Assembly (NCBI RefSeq): GCF_000341895.1
Contig: NC_020409.1
Location: 1,770,001-1,802,000 of the forward strand
Direction: 5' to 3'
Length of the DNA: 32,000 nt
From: Pseudodesulfovibrio piezophilus C1TLV30
GTDB lineage: Bacteria; Desulfobacterota; Desulfovibrionia; Desulfovibrionales; Desulfovibrionaceae
Shown: positions 26,750 through 32,000 of the stretch, in pieces
Layout: each line of letters begins with the position of its first letter
How positions within the stretch are numbered: position 1 is the first letter of the stretch
Notes under the pieces: model-generated
Told to the model about the DNA's origin: nothing
The model's database searches: none
Seen by the model: only the letters and a program-made list of their open reading frames with translations
Made by a program: the position numbers and the translations under genes

Positions 26750-28009
26750 ATGGATTCCAAGACCCTTTTCGCCAAGGCTCAGACCCTCATGCCCGGCGGT
26801 GTCAATTCTCCCCTGCGAGCCTGCAAATATGTCAAGAGCGAACCCGTTTTCATTGACAATGCCAAAGGTGCCTACCTTTGGGACGTGGATGGCACCCAAT
26901 ACATAGATTATGTCTTCTCGTGGGGTCCACAGATTCTCGGACACCAGGAACCATCGGTCTCCGCAGCCGCTCACAAGGCAATCGACCTCGGCTCCAGCTA
27001 CGGCGCACCCTGCCTCGGAGAGATCTCCCTTGCCGAAGAAATCAAGAAGCTCATCCCATCCATGGAGATGATGCGCATGGTTTCTTCCGGGACCGAAGCC
27101 ACCATGTCTGCCCTGCGTCTGGCCCGCGGCTACACGGGCCGCAACAAGTTCGTCAAATTCATCGGCAACTACCACGGTCATGCCGATGCCTTTCTGGCTG
27201 CCGCAGGCTCTGCAGCAGGGACAATTCCCGGGACCCCCGGAGTCCCGGAGGAAGTCATCAGCCATACGCTGCTGGCCCATTACAATGATCTCGCAGCCGT
27301 TCAGGAACATTTCGAGACAGCCGGAGACGAAATAGCCTGCGTCATTGTTGAACCTGCTGCCGGCAACATGGGCCTGGTTCCCCCGGCCGAAGGGTTTCTT
27401 CAGGGCTTGCGGGATCTGTGTACCCAGTATGGGGCACTCCTCATTTTTGATGAAGTTATCACCGGCTTCAGGCTGTCCCTCGGGGGCGCACAGGAACGGT
27501 TCGGCATCACCCCGGACCTGACGACCCTCGGAAAAATCATCGGTGGAGGCTTTCCGGTCGGCTGCTACGGCGGCAAGCAGGAGATAATGGAGCAGATGGC
27601 CCCGATGGGAGGGGTCTTTCAGGCCGGAACATTGTCTGGCAACCCTGTAGCCATGGCTGCCGGTCTGGCCACACTCAAACGATTGCAGGAATGCGACTAC
27701 GAGGCCTTGGAGATCCGCACCAAACGAATGGCCGAAGAGTTGACCTCCATTATAACCGGTAAAGGGCAATCGGTTTTTCTGGCCACCATCGGTTCGGCCT
27801 TCACCATGTATTTCTCGGATAAACCAGTCGTCAGCATGGTCGAATCCAGCCAGTGTGACGCAGAAGCGTACGCGACATACTGGCAGCAGATGATGGCTCA
27901 CGGCATCTATCTGGCTCCTGCCGGTTTCGAGTGCGCGTTCACTTCCTTTGCCCATACGGACGAGGATTTCGAAAAGACCCTTGAAGCTGCCCGCAAGGTG
28001 CAATTTTAG
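26750..28009 (+). CDS. hemL: Glutamate-1-semialdehyde 2,1-aminomutase
   Basis: [65 protein letters not shown] (PLP Lys) and [17 protein letters not shown] 26750 is preceded by AGGAG; the track ORF starts upstream at 26654. Confidence 0.9.
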   Translation: MDSKTLFAKAQTLMPGGVNSPLRACKYVKSEPVFIDNAKGAYLWDVDGTQYIDYVFSWGPQILGHQEPSVSAAAHKAIDLGSSYGAPCLGEISLAEEIKKLIPSMEMMRMVSSGTEATMSALRLARGYTGRNKFVKFIGNYHGHADAFLAAAGSAAGTIPGTPGVPEEVISHTLLAHYNDLAAVQEHFETAGDEIACVIVEPAAGNMGLVPPAEGFLQGLRDLCTQYGALLIFDEVITGFRLSLGGAQERFGITPDLTTLGKIIGGGFPVGCYGGKQEIMEQMAPMGGVFQAGTLSGNPVAMAAGLATLKRLQECDYEALEIRTKRMAEELTSIITGKGQSVFLATIGSAFTMYFSDKPVVSMVESSQCDAEAYATYWQQMMAHGIYLAPAGFECAFTSFAHTDEDFEKTLEAARKVQF

Positions 28010-28022
28010 CCGACAATCACTA

Positions 28023-28052
28023 TGCCGCCCTTCCATCAATGGCAGGGCGGCA
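28023..28052 (+). terminator. Hairpin 14 nt after the hemL stop (possible attenuator/terminator, no U-tract)
   Basis: 9-bp stem TGCCGCCCT / AGGGCGGCA with a 12-nt loop that can pair further (CCA/TGG). Confidence 0.3.
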
Positions 28053-28089
28053 ACTCCATGAATCTCTCGAAAGCCCAAGGAGGTCCGGC

Positions 28090-28191
28090 ATGCGACGCCT
28101 TCTGCTTGGGCTTTCCCGTGACTTTGTCACTGGAACATACGATTCAAAGGCATTCCCTTCCTTAGACCTGAATCAACTGATACAATGGTGA
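28090..28191 (+). CDS. Candidate 33-codon upstream ORF (MRRLLLGLSRDFVTGTYDSKAFPSLDLNQLIQW) coupled to cbiG
   Basis: AAGGAGG (28077-28083) lies 6 nt before ATG 28090. Stop TGA 28189-28191 overlaps cbiG ATG 28185 (ATGGTGA). The ORF is below the track length cut-off. I have no homology evidence. Confidence 0.2.
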   Translation: MRRLLLGLSRDFVTGTYDSKAFPSLDLNQLIQW

Positions 28192-29228
28192 CCATGCCCG
28201 ATATCTCCATCGCCATATACACCCTGACCCGACACGGGCTACGCTTGGCCAAAAGGCTGGCCACCGCCTTGGGCGCCACGATATATGCGTCTCATCGCCA
28301 TGTGGATGAAAAAGGAATTCACGGTTTCACCTCCCTGCCCGAACTGATCAACACGACATTCTCCCGGTATGACGGTCACATCTTCATCACGGCAGCCGGG
28401 ATTGCCGTCCGGTGCATTGGGCCGCTTTTGAAAAGCAAAGACGTTGATCCGGCTGTGGTCTGCATGGACCAGGAGGGGCAATTCGCCGTCAGTCTGCTTT
28501 CCGGACACCTAGGAGGGGCCAACGAACTTGCCGTCCGATGCGCCGAGTGTATCGGAGGACACCCGGTGATCACCACAGCCACGGACTCGACAGGGGTTCC
28601 CTCCATGGACATGCTGGCTCAAGCCAGAGGATTGGTGATCGGCAATATCGACCGCATCAAGACAATCAACGGGAGCTTGCTCGATACAACCCAGGTCCAA
28701 CTTTTCGACCCTGATGACACCCTTGGCTTGGCTGACAACCCTCGATTCACCCCGGTAGAGTCTCCCGAAGACTGGAAACCGGAACGCCCCGGAGTCTGGG
28801 TTTCATTTCGAACGGACTGCCCAGATGACGCGGCCCTGCGTCTGTATCCGAGGGTTCTCATGCTTGGAGTCGGGTGTCGAAGAGGCGTGGCTGAAGAGGA
28901 AATCACACGCCATATCCACGCGGTTTTCGATGCGGCGGGCCTGGCGCTTCAAAGTGTCGGCGGACTGGCAAGTGTGACTGCGAAGGCTGATGAGCCAGGA
29001 CTGCTCCAGGCAGCAGAACGTTTGAATGTTACCCCTGAATTCTTTGAAAAATCACATCTGGAAACAATCGATACCCCGAATCCATCCGGCACAGTCCTTC
29101 GCCGAATGGGCGTAGAATCCGTTTCCGAAGCCGCCGCCATCATTCTCTCGGACAATGGAAAATTACTCGTTGAAAAGACCAAAACCAAAACCGTCACGCT
29201 GGCCGTGGCGAGGAGACGTCCATGCTGA
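28185..29228 (+). CDS. cbiG: Cobalt-precorrin-5A hydrolase CbiG
   Basis: IAIYTLTRHGLRLAKRLA, FITAAGIAVRCIGPLLKSKDVDPAVVCMD and SLLSGHLGGANELA are CbiG N-domain blocks. The C-terminal domain has VGCRRG...LASV. The alternative start is ATG 28194. Confidence 0.85.
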   Translation: MVTMPDISIAIYTLTRHGLRLAKRLATALGATIYASHRHVDEKGIHGFTSLPELINTTFSRYDGHIFITAAGIAVRCIGPLLKSKDVDPAVVCMDQEGQFAVSLLSGHLGGANELAVRCAECIGGHPVITTATDSTGVPSMDMLAQARGLVIGNIDRIKTINGSLLDTTQVQLFDPDDTLGLADNPRFTPVESPEDWKPERPGVWVSFRTDCPDDAALRLYPRVLMLGVGCRRGVAEEEITRHIHAVFDAAGLALQSVGGLASVTAKADEPGLLQAAERLNVTPEFFEKSHLETIDTPNPSGTVLRRMGVESVSEAAAIILSDNGKLLVEKTKTKTVTLAVARRRPC

Positions 29229-29986
29229 CAGCCGTAAGCCTCGGTCCCGGAGACCACAGCCTCCTGACTCCGGCGGCCAGAGCCGCCCTGGAAAATGCTG
29301 ATGTCATAGCGGGATATAAAGGGTATATCACCCTGGTGCCGCCAGAATTGCTGGAAGGCAAAGAGGTCATCTCAACAGGCATGATGGGCGAGGTGGAACG
29401 GGCCAAGATGGCCATTGAAAACGCTCGTTCCGGTAAACAAACCGTCATGGTGTGCAGCGGCGATGCCGGTATCTATGCCATGGCTGGATTGCTGCTTGAG
29501 ATTCTGGAAGCGGAAAATCTTCTGGATAAAGTGAACTTTTCCGTTGTGCCGGGAGTGGCAGCCTTCAATAGTGCCGCAGCACTGCTGGGCGCTCCTCTCA
29601 TGCACGACTTCGCCTCGATCAGCCTGAGTGATCTGCTCACACCCTGGGACGTCATAGAAAAGAGACTCAGGCTGGCATCACAGGCCGATTTTGTTATCGC
29701 CATCTACAATCCCCGCTCAAAGAAAAGAAGCAAATTGTTACAAAAAGCGCTTGATATCATAGCAGAAAGCCGAAAAAACACCACGCCGGTTGGCATTGTC
29801 GGACGCGCATACAGAGAAGGCCAATCCATTCAGACAGTTCCCTTGAATGAAGTCGATCCGACAACAGTTGATATGCAAACCGTTCTGATTATCGGCAACT
29901 CGGCCACGCGCATGGCCGGTGGAAAAATGATAACTCCCCGGGGCTATCACAACAAATATGATATAAAAAACAATGCCTCTTTCTAA
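29222..29986 (+). CDS. cbiH: Cobalt-factor III / precorrin-3B C17-methyltransferase CbiH (CobJ)
   Basis: LTAVSLGPGDHSLLTPAARAALENADVIAGYKGY, VCSGDAGIYAMAG, VVPGVAAFNSAAA and VIAIYNP. It overlaps the cbiG stop by 7 nt. Confidence 0.85.
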   Translation: MLTAVSLGPGDHSLLTPAARAALENADVIAGYKGYITLVPPELLEGKEVISTGMMGEVERAKMAIENARSGKQTVMVCSGDAGIYAMAGLLLEILEAENLLDKVNFSVVPGVAAFNSAAALLGAPLMHDFASISLSDLLTPWDVIEKRLRLASQADFVIAIYNPRSKKRSKLLQKALDIIAESRKNTTPVGIVGRAYREGQSIQTVPLNEVDPTTVDMQTVLIIGNSATRMAGGKMITPRGYHNKYDIKNNASF

Positions 29987-30050
29987 GGAAACCCCTTGCA
30001 TAGCCCGCTCTTTTTCAGGTAAAAGCAAGCGTCTACGATGACTCCCCCGC

Positions 30051-30079
30051 TTGACAGGGGAGGGATACTTATTTATCCC
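30051..30079 (+). promoter_or_regulatory. Candidate -35 box and inverted repeat upstream of cytochrome c3
   Basis: TTGACA at 30051-30056. An inverted repeat GGGATA-N6-TATCCC lies at 30062-30079, where a -10 element would be expected. I saw no convincing TATAAT. Pattern match only. Confidence 0.2.
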
Positions 30080-30132
30080 GCATAAGTAGAGAGTGTGACA
30101 GTTTATTTTTTGCAACAGGAGGAAAAAGGTAA

Positions 30133-30543
30133 ATGAAAAAAGCTCTGATGATCTGCCTGATGGTTGCGGCCATGGTATGTGTCTTTGCATTGCCCGCCGT
30201 TATCGCAGGTAATGCTCCCGCCGATACCATCACCATGATTGCTCCCAACGGACAGAAAATGTCCAAGACACCCGTGGAATTTCCGCATAAGATGCACGTT
30301 GACAATGGTATCGACTGTCTGGTCTGCCACCACAAGGCAACCAGCAAAGATAATGTCAAGGGCTGTGCCAGCGAAGGTTGCCACACTGACGCCGGTAAGA
30401 AAGCCAAGAAAGACCCCGAGGGCTACTACCAGGCTTTCCATAATAAGAAATCCGAAGCCGCTTGCTTGGGTTGTCACAAAAAGGCCAAGAAAGCTGGCAA
30501 AAGTGCACCGGTATCCTGCAAGGACTGCCACCCCAAGAAGTAG
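30133..30543 (+). CDS. cycA: Periplasmic tetraheme cytochrome c3 (type I)
   Basis: 136 aa with a Sec signal peptide (MKKALMICLMVAAMVCVFALPAVIAG). There are four heme c sites: CLVCH, CASEGCH (CxxxxCH), CLGCH and CKDCH. Extra His ligands are present (FPHKMH, CHH, AFHNK), as is a Lys-rich surface. AGGAGG lies upstream of the ATG. Confidence 0.9.
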   Translation: MKKALMICLMVAAMVCVFALPAVIAGNAPADTITMIAPNGQKMSKTPVEFPHKMHVDNGIDCLVCHHKATSKDNVKGCASEGCHTDAGKKAKKDPEGYYQAFHNKKSEAACLGCHKKAKKAGKSAPVSCKDCHPKK

Positions 30544-30564
30544 CAATCTGCTAGGGTAACTCAA

Positions 30565-30594
30565 GGGGGGCTGGGCACCAGCTCCCCTTTTTTT
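30565..30594 (+). terminator. Rho-independent terminator after cytochrome c3
   Basis: 10-bp stem GGGGGGCTGG / CCAGCTCCCC (one G-U pair) with a short GCA loop, followed by TTTTTTT (30588-30594). Confidence 0.7.
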
Positions 30595-30619
30595 CAAACC
30601 TTCTCCCACGGAGGTACAT

Positions 30620-32000
30620 ATGACCCCGGCTCCCCCGCCTCCCCCGACCGACGAAGTCAATGACATGCTCAACGACGGCGTTCCTGATAACGATGTTCTT
30701 GACCCGGATACCGTTGATGCCGATTTCGAACAGGAGCTTGAAGATCTTTTTTCCGACGACCTCGAAGAGGAGGCTGCGGCCAGTGCCGCCATGGCCGAGG
30801 ACAATGAACCTATTGTGCTCGATGAATACGTCACGACTGAAGACATAGACATCGCCATAGACGATCCTGCTCCAGTCGAACCGGAAGAGAATATCGAAAC
30901 CGCTCAGACGGAAGAAGATGACGAAGGAGCACTCGTCCTTGACGATGTCGCTGAGGATGACAGCGAAGAGATGATGATTCTCGACGACGTGGTGGAAGAA
31001 GACGACGACGTCATGCTACTTGATGAAGTGATTGAGGAAGTCCCGGAAGTCCGGACAGACCCTGATGATATTGCCGCCCTGGTGGATGACATCGCAGAAG
31101 ACAACACCGTCACTCCCCCCTCTGCCGACGCAGAAGAAATCATCGAACTCGACGACCTACTCGAACAAGGTCGTCCCGAAGAGGTTTCAGAGGCACCCGA
31201 AGAAATTGTTGAACTCGATGATCTTCTCCAGGAAACGGAAACAGCCCCTTCTTCCGATGACGACACCATGCTCCTCGAAGAAATGGAGCCTGAAATCGAG
31301 CCTACCGCCGAAGAGGCAACCGAACCGACACTCCCTGACGACATGGCCGAAACCATGGCCGAAGCAATGGTCGGGGATGAAGCTGAAGACGTTTCCACCA
31401 TCACAGACCTTGAGCCAGAAACTGTCCAGGTTGAGCCGATGGAATCGGACAAACTGGGTGACCTGACGGAAGAAGCTCTGACCGATGCCGAAGAGATGCT
31501 CTCGGCAGAGCCTCCAGTGGAAGCCTCTGAGGCTCTCATGGCTGAAGCTCTTTCGGAGACAAAAGATCAGCCCGAGGAAGAAGGCACCCAAGAACTGAAG
31601 AGTGATGATGCCACTTCACAGAAACACGATATCGAGCCTGCAACGCCAGTATCCTCACTTGATGAGACTACGAACGCCGAAGATGTTCTTCCCACGAAAG
31701 AATCAGGAGAAGAGATTTCAACGGTCCCTGAAGATATGGTGGACCTTGCCCTGGCAGAAGAGTCTGGCCCGGAAATCCCGGTGGATGAGGCTGTGCTTGA
31801 GGAAGATATCGATCTCCTCATGGATGAGCCTGCATCAGAAGCGACTCCTGAGCCAGCCTCAGAAGAGGATATCCTCAAGACCGATGACAACGACATGAGT
31901 GAGTTGGCGGGGCTTGAGGCGCTGGAAGATGAAGGAATGGATGACATGGATAGCCTGCTCGACAATGTCGAGGTGGATGTTTCAGATGTCGAAACGTCAG
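30620..32000 (+). CDS. Extremely acidic, low-complexity repeat protein, N-terminal >460 aa (open at the right edge)
   Basis: ATG 30620 is preceded by GGAGG (30611-30614). I translated the frame by hand to position 32000 and met no stop, so it is missing from the track. The product starts MTPAPPPPPTDEVNDMLNDG... and is dominated by Asp/Glu, with recurring hydrophobic-x-LDD-hydrophobic motifs. GAA/GAC/GAT codon periodicity supports coding on the plus strand. Confidence 0.65.
   Translation, partial: MTPAPPPPPTDEVNDMLNDGVPDNDVLDPDTVDADFEQELEDLFSDDLEEEAAASAAMAEDNEPIVLDEYVTTEDIDIAIDDPAPVEPEENIETAQTEEDDEGALVLDDVAEDDSEEMMILDDVVEEDDDVMLLDEVIEEVPEVRTDPDDIAALVDDIAEDNTVTPPSADAEEIIELDDLLEQGRPEEVSEAPEEIVELDDLLQETETAPSSDDDTMLLEEMEPEIEPTAEEATEPTLPDDMAETMAEAMVGDEAEDVSTITDLEPETVQVEPMESDKLGDLTEEALTDAEEMLSAEPPVEASEALMAEALSETKDQPEEEGTQELKSDDATSQKHDIEPATPVSSLDETTNAEDVLPTKESGEEISTVPEDMVDLALAEESGPEIPVDEAVLEEDIDLLMDEPASEATPEPASEEDILKTDDNDMSELAGLEALEDEGMDDMDSLLDNVEVDVSDVETS

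Noticed and set aside
26108-28078. A 656-aa minus-strand ORF, the longest in the track, spanning the ahbB-hemL region
   Set aside because: It lies exactly antisense to two plus-strand genes with unmistakable family motifs (HemL PLP-lysine block, AhbA/B blocks). Its own translation is low-complexity (Gly/Arg/Ala-rich) with no recognisable motifs or SD. It is a typical shadow ORF of a GC-rich coding region.
28040-28130. A possible cobalamin riboswitch upstream of cbiG (AGCCCAAGGAGGTCCGGCA loosely resembles a B12 box; GTCACTGG resembles the GCCACTG element)
   Set aside because: The elements are in the wrong order, since the CACTG-like element should precede the B12 box. The conserved GGUG..AAUCC / AGGGAA blocks are missing, and the spacer is too short (~175 nt including two simple hairpins). 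A covariance-model scan (Rfam RF00174) would settle it.
30103-31965. Three Ser-rich minus-strand ORFs (30103..30858, 30904..31539, 31567..31965)
   Set aside because: They are the antisense reading of the GAA/GAC/GAT-rich acidic gene and of cytochrome c3, where GA(N) codons read as (N)TC give Ser. The first would also run through the cytochrome c3 gene and its terminator. They have no start context.
1-32000. Scan for CRISPR repeats, IS elements or transposases, integrases, phage genes, toxin-antitoxin pairs, tRNA/rRNA genes, and long direct or inverted repeats
   Set aside because: I recognised none. All sizeable ORFs have housekeeping or metabolic assignments, and the only repeats seen are short hairpins and intragenic protein-level repeats. 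Compositional islands cannot be excluded without computing GC/codon statistics.

Overview
Chromosomal, housekeeping-dense window with about 30 protein genes. I saw no rRNA, tRNA, CRISPR array, transposase or integrase. The gene content suggests a Desulfovibrionaceae-type sulfate reducer (inference): tetraheme cytochrome c3, an AhbA/B-family siroheme decarboxylase subunit, hemL, and the anaerobic cobamide genes cbiET, cbiD, cbiG and cbiH. Left third (all minus strand except one oxidoreductase): a truncated PTS EIID gene, a yraN-rsmI-bioB-bioY chain joined by ATGA overlaps, rnhB, and the conserved ffh / rpsP-KH-rimM-trmD-rplS block. Middle: an SRAP (YedK-like) gene, serS, an SDR-kinase-selO operon head-to-head with an aminotransferase-dksA/traR pair, cbiET, transaldolase, cbiD, two DUF2867-type genes, a lipoprotein and gpsA. 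Right third (plus strand): an MCP, ahbB-hemL-cbiG-cbiH, monocistronic cytochrome c3, and the first ~460 codons of an extremely acidic repeat protein that runs off the window; it is missing from the ORF track because it has no stop. Nothing here is an obvious defence island or mobile island. The best candidates for undescribed biology are: (1) the tightly packed selO / APH-fold kinase / SDR operon facing a KAT-type aminotransferase; (2) the acidic 'hhxLDDhh' repeat protein; (3) TrmD fused to a second SPOUT-like domain; (4) a 33-codon ORF with a strong SD, held in an inverted repeat, that stops on the cbiG start; (5) duplicated DUF2867 modules coupled to cbiD. All functional calls rest on my reading of the translated ORFs against remembered family motifs; no database search was run.
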